DNA of 64,000 bases from an uncultured bacterium (GCA_937976335.1 CALJRW010000035.1:308-64307); one strand, 5' to 3'. Positions 19,814 through 30,947 are shown, counted from the stretch's first letter. Made by a program: numbers and translations. The notes: a model not told the origin generated them from the letters alone.

Positions 19814-21097
19814 ATGTTTAGGTACTTACCAGAACAAGCTTCAGAGATTGCTCCAAAAATTGATTGGATAAATAATTTAATTACTGACCTTTCAGTTTTT
19901 TTTACTGTTGCAATTGTTGGCGTGATGATTTTTTTCGCCATCTATTACAGAAAAAAAGATGGCGTTGATCACGAAACTCCACAAATAAAAGGAAGTCATA
20001 CACTTGAATGGATATGGACTGTTCTTCCTACTTTGGTTTGCATTTATATAGCTTACTACGGAGTTATATATTACCAAGAACTTCGATACGTTCCAGATGA
20101 CGCGATGGTTGTTAATGTTGTTGGTCAAAAATGGAATTGGAGTTTCAAATACGAAAATGGAAAAGAAACCAGTAACGTAGTCTATGTTCCTGTAAATAGA
20201 CGTGTTAAATTTCTTATGGAATCAAAAGATGTTCTGCATAGTTTCTTTATTCCCGCTATGCGAGTTAAAAGAGATTTAGTTCCTGGTATGTATACTTATG
20301 TTAGTTTTACTCCAGTTATGACTGGTGAGTATCATGTTTTCTGTACTGAATATTGTGGACAAGATCATTATGATATGACTGCAAAACTAAAAGTAGTTTC
20401 TCAAGCAGAATATGATGAGTGGGTGAATTATAAAGAAGACTTATCAGCTTTTACGCCAGTAGAATTAGGAAAAAAGCTTTATACAGGAAAAGGTTGCAAT
20501 GCCTGTCATAGTCTAAATGGCAAGAAAATTATAGGCCCAAGTTTTTTAAAAGCTTACGGAAGAGAAGTAGAGCTTGAGAGTGGTGAAAAGTTTAAGTCGG
20601 ATGAAAACTACATCAAGAATTCTATCCTTGCTCCAAACTCTCAAATTGTAAAAGGTTATCCAAAAAATCAAATGCCTGCATTTGAAGGTCAATTAGATGA
20701 CACTCAAATTGGAAATATTATTGCTTTTATTAAATCTTTAGATGGCTCTCAAGCTATAGAGGAGGAAGTTCTTCCTGAAAAATCAGATGTTGATGTAACA
20801 AAGCTAACTCCTGTTGAGAGAGGAAAGTATATTTATCAAAATAAACTTTGCGTAACATGTCATTCGCTTGACGGATCTAAAGTTATAGGCCCAAGTTTTA
20901 AAGGCATCTATGGTAGAGAAGGTGAGCTCCAGGATGGGACTAAGTATGTTGTAGATGATGAGTATATTAAGAGTTCAATTCTTAAACCGATGTCACAAGT
21001 TGTTAAAGGATATCCGGCTGCTATGCCTCCTTATGAAGGTCAGTTGAATGATGATGATATAGCAGGTGTTATAGAGTATATGAAAACGTTAAAGTAG
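19814..21097 (+). CDS. ctaC: Cytochrome c oxidase subunit II with two fused cytochrome c domains
   Basis: CuA motif HSF...CTEYCGQDHYDM; haem motifs CNACH and CVTCH. Confidence 0.93.
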   Translation: MFRYLPEQASEIAPKIDWINNLITDLSVFFTVAIVGVMIFFAIYYRKKDGVDHETPQIKGSHTLEWIWTVLPTLVCIYIAYYGVIYYQELRYVPDDAMVVNVVGQKWNWSFKYENGKETSNVVYVPVNRRVKFLMESKDVLHSFFIPAMRVKRDLVPGMYTYVSFTPVMTGEYHVFCTEYCGQDHYDMTAKLKVVSQAEYDEWVNYKEDLSAFTPVELGKKLYTGKGCNACHSLNGKKIIGPSFLKAYGREVELESGEKFKSDENYIKNSILAPNSQIVKGYPKNQMPAFEGQLDDTQIGNIIAFIKSLDGSQAIEEEVLPEKSDVDVTKLTPVERGKYIYQNKLCVTCHSLDGSKVIGPSFKGIYGREGELQDGTKYVVDDEYIKSSILKPMSQVVKGYPAAMPPYEGQLNDDDIAGVIEYMKTLK

Positions 21098-21103
21098 GAA
21101 ATT

Positions 21104-22771
21104 ATGGCTGAAGGAAAAAATTATTTAAATCATGAAACCACAATTTGGTCATGGTTAACTACGGTTGATCATAAGCGAATTGGACTAATGTATCTTTTTA
21201 CAATTAGTTGTTTTTTTATTGCAGGAGGAGTTGCAGCTATTTTAATGCGACTTGAGCTTGCCAAAGCAGGTGGAGATTTAGTTGCTCCTGATGTTTATAA
21301 TGTTCTATTCACTCTTCACGGTGCGATAATGATTTTTCTATTTATCGTTCCAGGAATACCGGCAACTTTAGGAAATTTTTTAATTCCCTTAATGATAGGA
21401 GCTAAAGATGTTGCATTTCCAAAGCTTAATTTACTTAGTTACTATATATATTTAGTTGGTGCTATAATGGCACTTTTAGCAATTATTCCAGTTGATTGGA
21501 TATCAGCTTGGTTGCCTGAATTTTTAACCAACTTTCTTACTTGGCTTGGTCTAAGTGGGCCTGCAGATACAGGTTGGACTTTCTATGCGCCATATAGTTT
21601 AGAAACTGGATCTTCTGTTATTTGGATGACAGGCGCTGCTTTTGTACTTGGATTTTCTTCTATCCTTACGGGGTTAAATTTTATAGTCACAATTCACAAA
21701 TTAAGAGCTCCAGGAATGAGCTGGGATAGACTACCTGTGTTTATTTGGGCTTCTTATGCAACTGCTGTGATACAAACTCTAGCAACCCCTATTGTTGGAA
21801 TTTCCTTACTACTGTTAATTATGGAAAGAGTTTTTGGTGTAGGAATTTTTAATCCAGATTTAGGTGGAGATCCTGTTTTATACCAACACTTTTTTTGGTT
21901 TTATTCACATCCAGTTGTTTATATCATGGTTCTTCCAGCTTTTGGTGTTGTTGGTGAAATTATACCTGTGTTTTCAAGAAAACCTCTCTTTGGCTATAAA
22001 GCAATTTGTTATGCAACACTTGCTATTGCAGTCTTTGGATTTATTGTATGGGCTCACCATATGTTTACTTCAGGGCTTTCTAATGCCTCTGCATTTTATT
22101 TCTCTCTTGCGACATTCACGGTTGCTGTTCCAACGGCTGTAAAAGTTTTTAATTGGGTCAGTACAATGTATAAGGGGTCAATTAGTTTTGATACACCAAT
22201 GCTTTACGCAATGGGTTTTGTCTTTTTATTTATGGTTGCAGGAACTACAGGAATTTACCTAGCAACTCTTGCGGTAGATGTCTTTTATCATGATACTTAT
22301 TTTGTAGTTGCTCATTTTCATTACACAATTCAGGGAGGCGCTGTAATAGGGTTAATAGCCGGTCTTCATTTTTGGTTCCCAAAAATTACTGGAAAAATGT
22401 ATAATGAAGTAGCGGGTAAAATTGGTTGGGTTTTAGTTTTCTTTGGCTTTAATTTAACTTTCTTGCCCCAGTTTGTCTTAGGTATGAATGGAATGCCGAG
22501 AAGATACTATGATTATCCTCCTGAGTTTGAATGGTTGCACACTCTTTCAACCATAGGTGCTTTGATTAATGGAATTGGTTATAGTTTTGCGCTTTTGAAT
22601 ATGCTTTATGCATTTATTTGGGGTAAAAAAATTGCTCCAAGAAATCCTTATAAATCTCTTTCTCTTGAGTGGGATACTCAATCTCCACCAATTCACGAAA
22701 ATTTTGAAGAAACACCAACAGTTACTGATTACCCATATGCTTATGGTGTTCCAGTTAAGGAGGCAGTATGA
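21104..22771 (+). CDS. ctaD: Cytochrome c oxidase subunit I (A2 type)
   Basis: DHKRIG, FWFYSHPVVY (YS motif), WAHHM, VAHFHY and GMPRRY. Confidence 0.95.
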   Translation: MAEGKNYLNHETTIWSWLTTVDHKRIGLMYLFTISCFFIAGGVAAILMRLELAKAGGDLVAPDVYNVLFTLHGAIMIFLFIVPGIPATLGNFLIPLMIGAKDVAFPKLNLLSYYIYLVGAIMALLAIIPVDWISAWLPEFLTNFLTWLGLSGPADTGWTFYAPYSLETGSSVIWMTGAAFVLGFSSILTGLNFIVTIHKLRAPGMSWDRLPVFIWASYATAVIQTLATPIVGISLLLLIMERVFGVGIFNPDLGGDPVLYQHFFWFYSHPVVYIMVLPAFGVVGEIIPVFSRKPLFGYKAICYATLAIAVFGFIVWAHHMFTSGLSNASAFYFSLATFTVAVPTAVKVFNWVSTMYKGSISFDTPMLYAMGFVFLFMVAGTTGIYLATLAVDVFYHDTYFVVAHFHYTIQGGAVIGLIAGLHFWFPKITGKMYNEVAGKIGWVLVFFGFNLTFLPQFVLGMNGMPRRYYDYPPEFEWLHTLSTIGALINGIGYSFALLNMLYAFIWGKKIAPRNPYKSLSLEWDTQSPPIHENFEETPTVTDYPYAYGVPVKEAV

Positions 22772-23430
22772 GTGAACATGTAGCAAGTGGTCCACCACAC
22801 GTACACCACATGGATGCAAAAACTGCGTATAGTGCAGCAAAGCTTGGTATGTGGTTATTTCTTGCCACTGAAATTCTTCTTTTTGGAGGCCTTTTTGCAG
22901 GCTTTGCTATTTACCGTTGGCAGTACTTATCTGAATTTGCGCATGCTAGTGAACATTTAAACTGGAAAATGGGAGCTCTGAACACGGCAATTTTAATTTT
23001 TAGTAGTTACGCCGTAGTGCTTGGAGTTGATGCCGCACAACATGGTGAAAACAAGAAAGTTAAAAAATGGATGTTAGTTACTCTACTTTGTGGTTGTGGA
23101 TTTTTAGTTGTAAAATTTTTTGAATATAAGTCAAAGTATGAACATGGCTTATTCCCTGGTACAGTTGATCACATTACTAACATTGCATTTAACAGTCCTG
23201 AATTTAATGCGCAGTATAAAATGTTTTTTGGCTTGTACTATTGCATGACCGGTCTTCATGCACTTCATGTAATTATCGGAATGGGGATTATTTTTTGGAT
23301 ATATTTACTAGCTAAAAAAAATCGTTTTTCAACAGACTACTATACACCAGTTGAAGTTGGTGGGCTGTATTGGCATTTAATTGACTTAATATGGATTTAT
23401 TTATTTCCATTATTATATTTAGTGGGGTAA
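22768..23430 (+). CDS. ctaE: Cytochrome c oxidase subunit III
   Basis: GMWLFLATE, TGLHALHV and YWHLIDLIWIYLFPLLY. Confidence 0.93.
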   Translation: MSEHVASGPPHVHHMDAKTAYSAAKLGMWLFLATEILLFGGLFAGFAIYRWQYLSEFAHASEHLNWKMGALNTAILIFSSYAVVLGVDAAQHGENKKVKKWMLVTLLCGCGFLVVKFFEYKSKYEHGLFPGTVDHITNIAFNSPEFNAQYKMFFGLYYCMTGLHALHVIIGMGIIFWIYLLAKKNRFSTDYYTPVEVGGLYWHLIDLIWIYLFPLLYLVG

Positions 23431-23433
23431 AAG

Positions 23434-23721
23434 ATGGCTGACAATGGACTAGGACATATAGTACCGAAAAAAACTTACCTAAGTATTTTTTTAGCTTTAA
23501 TTTTTCTAACCGTAGTAACTGTATGGATAGCTCAGTTTGATTTTGGAGTGTTAAATATAGTTATAGCTATGTTTATTGCTTCAATTAAGGCAGGGCTTGT
23601 TGCAATGTTTTTTATGCATTTAAAATATGAAGATCCTTTAACTTGGGTCTATGTTCTTTTCCCTCTTTTTTTACTTGCACTTTTAATAGGTGGTGTATTT
23701 TTAGATGCGCCATTTAGGTAA
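23434..23721 (+). CDS. ctaF: Cytochrome c oxidase subunit IV
   Basis: Three TM segments, KAGLVAMFFMHLKY, and operon position. Confidence 0.88.
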   Translation: MADNGLGHIVPKKTYLSIFLALIFLTVVTVWIAQFDFGVLNIVIAMFIASIKAGLVAMFFMHLKYEDPLTWVYVLFPLFLLALLIGGVFLDAPFR

Positions 23722-23727
23722 ATCAAT

Positions 23728-24144
23728 ATGTCAGATGATGGAATAAAATATTACTGGAGCGGAGTAAGTATACCCTTTATGGGTTTTGTTGGCTCTCTTG
23801 AAATACTGTGCGTTATTTTTATGTTTATGTCTAAGAGCTTTATAACTTATCTTTGCATAGGTGTTATTTTATTTTTTATACTTTTACTATTTTTTTCACT
23901 TAAAGTAACCGTTGATTATAATAACTTGTACATAACATATGGTATTGGAATTTTTGAAAAAATTATTCCTTTAACTGAAATTAAAGGCAAAAGAATCGTT
24001 CCTAATAAGGATAGTACTCTTTGTTTGGCTTATAATATGTCTGCAAATGAAGCTGTGATGCTTGAACTAAGGAGTGGTGAACGTCTTTATGTACCAGCTG
24101 ATAATTCTCGAAGATTTCAGAGTGCTCTTTCCATAATGGGTTAA
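23728..24144 (+). CDS. Hypothetical membrane protein (two TM plus small, possibly PH-like, domain)
   Basis: Co-oriented and tightly packed after ctaF; two TM segments followed by a beta-rich tail. Confidence 0.5.
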   Translation: MSDDGIKYYWSGVSIPFMGFVGSLEILCVIFMFMSKSFITYLCIGVILFFILLLFFSLKVTVDYNNLYITYGIGIFEKIIPLTEIKGKRIVPNKDSTLCLAYNMSANEAVMLELRSGERLYVPADNSRRFQSALSIMG

Positions 24145-24563
24145 TGAGTATGACCTGGCTTTTAAAAGCATTTATTACAACAATTTGTTTTTCAATTTTT
24201 ACAATTCTTGTAAAGTTTTTAACAAATAAGAATATTCCATCTGAAGCTATTAATTTATATTCAATTACAATTTGTAGTATTTGTTTTGCTATTTTTGCTT
24301 TTTATAAAAATTCAGTTACTAGCCTAGAGCTTAAGTTTTTACCAATTGCAACGTTAATGGGTCTTATTCTCTTTATAGCTAATTATTATTTAATTTCAGC
24401 TATTAATTCGGCTCCAAACCCTGGTTATGTTCGTGCAATTTTAGCTTTTGAGATGGTTGTAGTAAGTATTTTGTCATTTTTTATATATAGTTCTCATTTG
24501 AGTGGTATTAAAATTTTAGGAATGTTTTTTTCACTCCTTGGGGTGGTTTTATTGGCTAGTTAG
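24144..24563 (+). CDS. EamA/DMT family small transporter
   Basis: Five TM segments; the C-terminal KILG...LLGVVLL is typical of a single EamA repeat. Confidence 0.7.
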   Translation: MSMTWLLKAFITTICFSIFTILVKFLTNKNIPSEAINLYSITICSICFAIFAFYKNSVTSLELKFLPIATLMGLILFIANYYLISAINSAPNPGYVRAILAFEMVVVSILSFFIYSSHLSGIKILGMFFSLLGVVLLAS

Positions 24564-24654
24564 TTTTATAATATGAGTTTTGGATAAGAAAGCTAATCTA
24601 CTGAATAATTTTTATTTTAAATATTTTACTATCTTAACTTTTTCATGACGCTTC

Positions 24655-25827
24655 TCATTCAAAATTCAGGTTTCTAAGAGCATAAAAGCTTGGTAAAAAT
24701 AAAAGAATAGCTGTAAGAATAAGTGCTGCTTGTAAGGTGTAAAAATGTTCTGTATATCCAACTATAATAGCAAGAAGTACGAACGCAATACGAAAGCAAA
24801 AACTTGAAATTGAAAGAGTTGTAGCTCTTAACTCTGAATCAATTTTTTCATTCATAAGAGTGCGAATTAAAGGAGTTCTTACTCCTCTCACCCAATAAAT
24901 AAGAGCAATAAAGACTAGCGCATAAATGCTTTTTAAAAGAGCAAGAAAAAGAAACGATCCAGATAAAACAAAAGTTAGCAGATATAAACTTTTGTATGTG
25001 CCAAACTTTTCAGTTATTTTGTTCATACTTAAAGCAGATAAGCCTAGAATGATATGTAAGATACACCAGGCTACTCCAAATCCCCATATTGGTAAATTTA
25101 TATATTCAAAAAAAGCTTGTCCTTTAAAAACAATTAATAACGTTCCAGCTGCTGAAGTAGCTGTAAAAAGCGTGATATATCTTAATTGTAAATTATCAAA
25201 TAGTGCTACTTTTGTTGCTTTTGTAAGAGAGGCAAAAGTTTTTAAATTAGATATTTCTCTTTTAGGTTCAGCTAGAATTAAAGAAATAAATACGAAGCCT
25301 ATATTTATTATTGCGTGAATTAAGAAAGGTAATTTAAGAGAATAGCTAGCTAAAAAAGCAGCGATGAAGCCAGAAAAACTTTCAGAAAAAGCTTGAAATG
25401 AAAACATTTTTGATTCAAGTTTTTTGTATTCAGAATCTTTGTTTAAATTTTTTAAAGTATCATAAAGTATTGCAGAATCTGCACCTGATACTAAGCTCAT
25501 AGCCATTCCTAGAAAGATTTCAGCTAATGTAAAAAAGATTATAGTTGAATTAAAATAATATAAGAGATTAGAAATCATCCAAAGTAATCCAGCTGAGATC
25601 AATGTATTTTTTCTACCAAGTTTATCAGCAATATATCCAGAAGGAATTTCTAAAACGATTACAACAAAACTCATTAGTGCTTTAAGAGCTAAAAGCTCTG
25701 ATAAACCTAATGAATTTGATTTGTAAAATAAAATAATTGTAGGAATAGAAATCCAAGAGCCTTGAAGAATTCTTAAGATATAAAGTTTACTTATATTTTT
25801 TTCTAAAGACACATTAAATTTATACAC
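24655..25827 (-). CDS. MFS transporter
   Basis: LEIPSGYIADKLGRK, SGADSAILYD and SELRATTLS; paralog of 1936..3108. Confidence 0.82.
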   Translation of the reverse strand: MYKFNVSLEKNISKLYILRILQGSWISIPTIILFYKSNSLGLSELLALKALMSFVVIVLEIPSGYIADKLGRKNTLISAGLLWMISNLLYYFNSTIIFFTLAEIFLGMAMSLVSGADSAILYDTLKNLNKDSEYKKLESKMFSFQAFSESFSGFIAAFLASYSLKLPFLIHAIINIGFVFISLILAEPKREISNLKTFASLTKATKVALFDNLQLRYITLFTATSAAGTLLIVFKGQAFFEYINLPIWGFGVAWCILHIILGLSALSMNKITEKFGTYKSLYLLTFVLSGSFLFLALLKSIYALVFIALIYWVRGVRTPLIRTLMNEKIDSELRATTLSISSFCFRIAFVLLAIIVGYTEHFYTLQAALILTAILLFLPSFYALRNLNFE

Positions 25828-25916
25828 CGTATGAGAATTACTGCAAAGTATGCATGTTTTTGTTTAGTGACACTGAGTTTTAGAGATGAAGAGTTTTTTG
25901 AGTTTGAGTGTAAATA

Positions 25917-28900
25917 TTAATTTAAAACACTTTCTAAATCTTTTTCAAAGACTTTTAACAAACGAACAGGTAAAGCGCTAGTAAAGCTAAATTCGTCAGC
26001 TACATCTCCCGGAACATAGACTGTTATATTTCCAAAAAAACGTTCTCCTATAATAAATGCAAACGTAGCAGTTCTATTTACTGCAATTGATTTAGTTAAA
26101 ACTCCACTTTTATTGAATATTTTAAAACGATTATCACCAGTTCCAGTTTTTCCTCCAACACTAAAATTTTTATTCTTAGTTTGAATGCCATTTTTAAGTC
26201 TTAAGGCAGTTCCATTTTGAACCACATCAAACAAGGCTTCTTTAACTTTTTTTGCAACTGCTTTTGGTATTACTTGTTCTGCTTCTTTTGCAATAAATTT
26301 AAAATTTGTTTCGTAAGGGGTTCCCGTAGCAAAATTTAATTTATTTACTGATTGCATTGGTAATTTTTTTCCATCATTAACAATAATTCCAAGAAGAGTT
26401 GATAAAGCAGCTGGTTTATCTGCAGAAGTTCCAAGGGAAGTTGCAAGAGAGGGAACAAGCCTTGCATAAGGGTAACCAACTTTTTTCCAATATTTATGTA
26501 TTTCTAGAAATGCTTCTTCTTCAAGAATAGTTTTGATTTTTGAATTTTGTGATGATTTATATTTAGAATTTATTAACCATGAATAAACATATTGCCTTAT
26601 TTCATTACTTGCAGAATAAAGATTACTTAAATCTCTATTTTTATTATTGTATAAATAATGAACTGTCCAAAGCTCAAGAGGGTGTATTCTTGCTACAAAT
26701 GCTCGATCTAATAAGCTTAGCTTATTTGGATTAAAATCAATATACCAGGATTCAATTAGTTTACTGCTTATTTTACTTTTAGGAAACTTATTTTCAATAA
26801 AAGTAATTAAGTCTTTTTGACTTACATTTGGAATAAGAGATAAAAATAGACAAGCAGCTTTTTTTGCTGATTTAGTTCTATTTTCAAATAGTTTTTCAAA
26901 AATTTCATTTTTATTTGAATATCTGTATTTTTTATAAAACTTATTAATAAAAATTTTACCTTCTTTGTCTGCAAATCTTTTTAAATATTCTGTTCTTTTA
27001 ACTTTCTCCATTTTTTTTAAAGTTCTTGCAGTTGAGCCTGTAACTTCGTATGAGAAATAGTTAACAAGGTCTCGCATAATTCTAATAAATGGAAGATTAA
27101 CAGAATGTCTTATTGCTTTTTTTACAGATACAATTTTTCCATTATCATTCGCATTAAAATTTTTAAAATTATGAAGTCCTCCTGCTGTAAAAAATTTCTC
27201 CCAAGGATTTGCTGAGTATTTTCGCTCCATTGAAAGGTTTAGAAAGTCATCTAGAGAAAGGTTTTCTTTACGTATTAGTTGATTTATTCCCCATTTTGAT
27301 AATTTATCTGCAACGATTTCTAGTTTTTTAATTTTTTCTGATTTACTAAGTATTGAATATTTTTGATAAATTTCATGCATTACTTCTAGATAGGTTACCA
27401 ATGTTCTAAATTTTGCAGTTGATCCTAAATCAATCTTTACTCCTTGGTTTATATCAAATGGTTGATCTAAATTATCAGTTTGAACTCTTAAGACGTTATA
27501 GTTTTCTTTTTTTTCATATAGCGTAAAACTAACTATCATTTTTTCTAAAGGATTTTTTTCATTTAGCAATCTGTACCCTAGTAATGAATTACTTTTTAAA
27601 AACTCTAAATCTTTTAAACTTCTAAGTTTTTCTGTAATATTTGATTGAGATTGCGAATTGATGTTAGTACTTACTTCTAAATCAAATCTATCGAGCTCAT
27701 AAAAAGATCTTTCATTGAGTAAGCTTAAAAGATTGGTTCTAACTAAATTGCTAGCTTTTTTTGATAAATAATCTGTGTTTTTTAACCTTACTGTTGGTTT
27801 TATTAATGGATTTACAAGTAAACAATTTTCGTAAAGTTCGCGCGTTATAATTTTTTCATGAAATAAAAGTTTTAAATAATTATCAACTTGTACTTTGAGT
27901 TTATCTTTTTTCCCACGTAATAACTCTGATGGCCTTCGATGTGCTAAAAATAAAGTTAAAACTTGTTTAAAATAAGATGCTTTTTTTAAATTTTCTGTGA
28001 CATCAACTGGATTATAGTTTGAAGATAGGTATTGATTAACCTCTTTTAAATCTGTGCCAAAATATGCTCTTAGGCCATCACCGAGTCCAGTGACTTCTCC
28101 ATAATTTCTTACAGCTGCTAAAGGAACAGAGTTGATATAGTCTAAAACTATTTTTTTTCTTGTACTGTCTGTTTTTCGACCATATTGATAAACTCGAAGC
28201 ATGGCAGAAAACATTTGACGTAATTTATCTTTCGTGCCATTTGTAACTCCATTTTTTGAATGTCTAAATTTTTCCATTTGTGTAATTAGGGTGCTTCCAC
28301 CATGTACTTCATGATTAGGAAAAAATTTAGAAATGAAAATATCAGAAATTGCTTTGAAAAATCTTACGTAATTTACTACAGGATTAAAAGTTTCTTCCTT
28401 ATCTTGCAGGAGATCTTTATCTTCAATAAATAATAAAGTTTTATATATTATTTCAGGAATTTCTTTAAAAGAATTATATGTTTCATAAGGATATTTAGTT
28501 TCAAATAGTTTAGTTTCTTGACTATCTAAGATTTTTAATCCTGCTTTTGCTTTTTCAGTATATATTGGAAAAATTCCTAATTCATAAATACTATTTTGAA
28601 AATTAGATATATTTGCTTGAGAACTAATAGTAAAACCTTTTTCTTTTAAAGTTTTTTCATAATTTTTTATTTTTGAATATGCAAGCCTTTCATCATAAGG
28701 ACCATGTTCGGGAAAGTAAATTAGTTCACTTTTACCTGAATGAATTTGAAATGATAGTAAGCTTGAAAATTTATGAAAAATAGCAGATTGAATTTTTGAT
28801 GAATTAATTTCTTCTTTAAGAAAAAATGAAAAGACTAAAATGAAAAATCCAAAAAAGATACAATAATAAAATTTTTTAGATACTTCTGTATCTTTATTTA

Positions 28901-29000
28901 TTGCAAATGAGTGTGGTTTATTTGGTAATTTAGGACGAGATACAAGAAGATTTTTTCTAAATGGTCTTAATTTTTCTTCTTTTTTAGCTTTTTCTTTCAT
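25917..29000 (-). CDS. Bifunctional transglycosylase (GT51)/transpeptidase, class A PBP-like
   Basis: LFIED and GGSTLITQ transglycosylase motifs; GSTAK (SxxK), SVN and KTGTG transpeptidase motifs. Confidence 0.8.
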   Translation of the reverse strand: MKEKAKKEEKLRPFRKNLLVSRPKLPNKPHSFAINKDTEVSKKFYYCIFFGFFILVFSFFLKEEINSSKIQSAIFHKFSSLLSFQIHSGKSELIYFPEHGPYDERLAYSKIKNYEKTLKEKGFTISSQANISNFQNSIYELGIFPIYTEKAKAGLKILDSQETKLFETKYPYETYNSFKEIPEIIYKTLLFIEDKDLLQDKEETFNPVVNYVRFFKAISDIFISKFFPNHEVHGGSTLITQMEKFRHSKNGVTNGTKDKLRQMFSAMLRVYQYGRKTDSTRKKIVLDYINSVPLAAVRNYGEVTGLGDGLRAYFGTDLKEVNQYLSSNYNPVDVTENLKKASYFKQVLTLFLAHRRPSELLRGKKDKLKVQVDNYLKLLFHEKIITRELYENCLLVNPLIKPTVRLKNTDYLSKKASNLVRTNLLSLLNERSFYELDRFDLEVSTNINSQSQSNITEKLRSLKDLEFLKSNSLLGYRLLNEKNPLEKMIVSFTLYEKKENYNVLRVQTDNLDQPFDINQGVKIDLGSTAKFRTLVTYLEVMHEIYQKYSILSKSEKIKKLEIVADKLSKWGINQLIRKENLSLDDFLNLSMERKYSANPWEKFFTAGGLHNFKNFNANDNGKIVSVKKAIRHSVNLPFIRIMRDLVNYFSYEVTGSTARTLKKMEKVKRTEYLKRFADKEGKIFINKFYKKYRYSNKNEIFEKLFENRTKSAKKAACLFLSLIPNVSQKDLITFIENKFPKSKISSKLIESWYIDFNPNKLSLLDRAFVARIHPLELWTVHYLYNNKNRDLSNLYSASNEIRQYVYSWLINSKYKSSQNSKIKTILEEEAFLEIHKYWKKVGYPYARLVPSLATSLGTSADKPAALSTLLGIIVNDGKKLPMQSVNKLNFATGTPYETNFKFIAKEAEQVIPKAVAKKVKEALFDVVQNGTALRLKNGIQTKNKNFSVGGKTGTGDNRFKIFNKSGVLTKSIAVNRTATFAFIIGERFFGNITVYVPGDVADEFSFTSALPVRLLKVFEKDLESVLN

Positions 29001-29104
29001 TTTTTTATAAATCTTCTCTCTTTTAGATGCAAAAGAAGTGTTTTAGAATCGTTAGAAAAGCTCTTTTTTAAACTTTAACTTACTAAAATGATTAGTTTTT
29101 TTAT

Positions 29105-30109
29105 ATGAACAAAACAGCAAAAAAAGTAGCAAGCTTTATTCTCGCTTTAGCGCTCTTTTTGCTAGTTCTTGAACTTGCTCTTCGCTTCGTAGGTTACGCT
29201 CCTTATGGAGGAAAAGATCCAAGAATGGATATCAACTCAGCTCAATTTTTTGATTCTGTAAAAGGTTGGAGGTCGAGTGAAGGTTCTACAGTTAAGATTG
29301 CTTTTAAGCAAAATACAAAACCTTTTAATGAAACAGTTTTAAGTTCGGGAAAAAGAGCTACTAAAATAAAGAATAGTTTTTTTCAAAAACCAGAATTTAG
29401 AAAACCTCAATTAGTTTTCTTAGGTTGTTCATTTATGTTTGGTTTTGGGGTTTCTGATAAAGATACTTTACCTTGGATTATTCAAAATGAAATGCCTGAG
29501 AGAGAAGTAATAAATTTTGGCACAAAAGGTTATGGCACTTATCAAAATTTACTTAGTATGGAAGAGGTAGTTATAAAAGATTTAAAAAATGTTTTTATAT
29601 ACGGTTTTAATGATTTTCATGAAACAAGAAATATTCTTTACCCACCAATAATTAGAAACGTAATGAGACAGAATGAATTAAAGAATTTTTATGTGCCATA
29701 CTGTGATTTAGACAAAAAAGGAGAGCTCGTTAGACACGCTCCAAAAGGTTTTCCAGAATTTCCCTTACGAAGTAGCTCAGCGATAATTTCTCTTATAGAA
29801 GATATTTATTTTAGTTTAAAAACAATACCCTATCTTTTAAAGAAAGATAGAATTACTAAGCTCTTACTCATTGAAATGAATAATTTAGCTGAAGATAATG
29901 GAGATAAATTTATTGTTTTATTACAAAGATTAAGTTTAGAAAAAAAGAAAGAGTATATAAGTTTTCTAAAAGATAACAAAATTAAATATATTGATGGCGT
30001 TCATCCAAAACAAAATGAGCCAGAGATGCAACTATCTTTTGATTCTCATCCAAATCAGAAAATGTATCAGTATTGGGCGAAACTTGTTGTTGATTATTTT
30101 GGTGATTAA
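29105..30109 (+). CDS. SGNH/GDSL hydrolase family protein, membrane anchored
   Basis: N-terminal TM (LELALR), LGCSFMFG, NFGTKGYG and C-terminal DSHPN. Confidence 0.78.
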   Translation: MNKTAKKVASFILALALFLLVLELALRFVGYAPYGGKDPRMDINSAQFFDSVKGWRSSEGSTVKIAFKQNTKPFNETVLSSGKRATKIKNSFFQKPEFRKPQLVFLGCSFMFGFGVSDKDTLPWIIQNEMPEREVINFGTKGYGTYQNLLSMEEVVIKDLKNVFIYGFNDFHETRNILYPPIIRNVMRQNELKNFYVPYCDLDKKGELVRHAPKGFPEFPLRSSSAIISLIEDIYFSLKTIPYLLKKDRITKLLLIEMNNLAEDNGDKFIVLLQRLSLEKKKEYISFLKDNKIKYIDGVHPKQNEPEMQLSFDSHPNQKMYQYWAKLVVDYFGD

Positions 30110-30434
30110 TTTTTGTAAGTTAGTTAAATGAAGTTTTTTTAGTCAGTTGCGACTTTCCACATTCCTTCTAACTTGACTAAAGTTATCTTGAATAGATAAA
30201 GCTATTGTGTAACAAGAACTCAATGCGAATTTCTAATTTAATCGGATAATTAGTATAGAGTTTTCTAAACCCTTTCTTTTGTTCCTAGCATTTGCCAGGA
30301 ACAAGGGTTGCTTTTGAATAGTATAATTTTAATTTTATCTGTATGTTAGAAGAAGTTTTGTGATAGGATTTAGGGAAACAATGGAAAGAGGAGTTTTCTG
30401 TTGAATAATATTTTATCTGCATAGAGGATATTTA

Positions 30435-30947
30435 ATGAAAGTTTTAGTTCTTAGTCTTATTACTATTTTCTATGTCACTCTCTGCTACGCAGGAGGAGAT
30501 CCTTCTTGTCATTTAGGCTTGGAAGAGACTCTAATTCCTGGGAAGTATTTATCTCCAATCATTGAGTTAGAAGGGAAAGTATCAAATCTTACTATCAAAA
30601 CAGATGCAATCAAATTTGATTTTTTTGGAAAAATCAATAATAAAGATGCTTCTACAGGTTTGAAATTAGGTGTTAGTAATTTATCTTTGCGTGTTAAAGT
30701 TGATAACGTATATGCTTATGATTCATCGAAATATCCAATGATTGGAATTGATTTTAAAAAAGATTCTAAAAATGCTCATTCTTGTGTTAATGGAAAAAAA
30801 AAGATGAAACTTGCATTAGCTCCAAATCCAATATTAGTAAAAGACGAGAAAGGTTATGTAACTATCGATGCTGACCAAGCTCAGTTCTATACTTGTTATG
30901 ATTGGAGCAAGGCGCATAATAACAGTCGCGTAGATGAGACTCGCTAG
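30435..30947 (+). CDS. Hypothetical exported protein (putative gene cassette 1)
   Basis: AGAGG ribosome-binding site and signal peptide; the 3' end runs into the attC-like site. Confidence 0.6.
   Translation: MKVLVLSLITIFYVTLCYAGGDPSCHLGLEETLIPGKYLSPIIELEGKVSNLTIKTDAIKFDFFGKINNKDASTGLKLGVSNLSLRVKVDNVYAYDSSKYPMIGIDFKKDSKNAHSCVNGKKKMKLALAPNPILVKDEKGYVTIDADQAQFYTCYDWSKAHNNSRVDETR

Noticed and set aside
30166-30351. TTCTAAC...GTTAGAA as an additional attC site
   Set aside because: At 186 bp it is too long, and no L boxes are evident.
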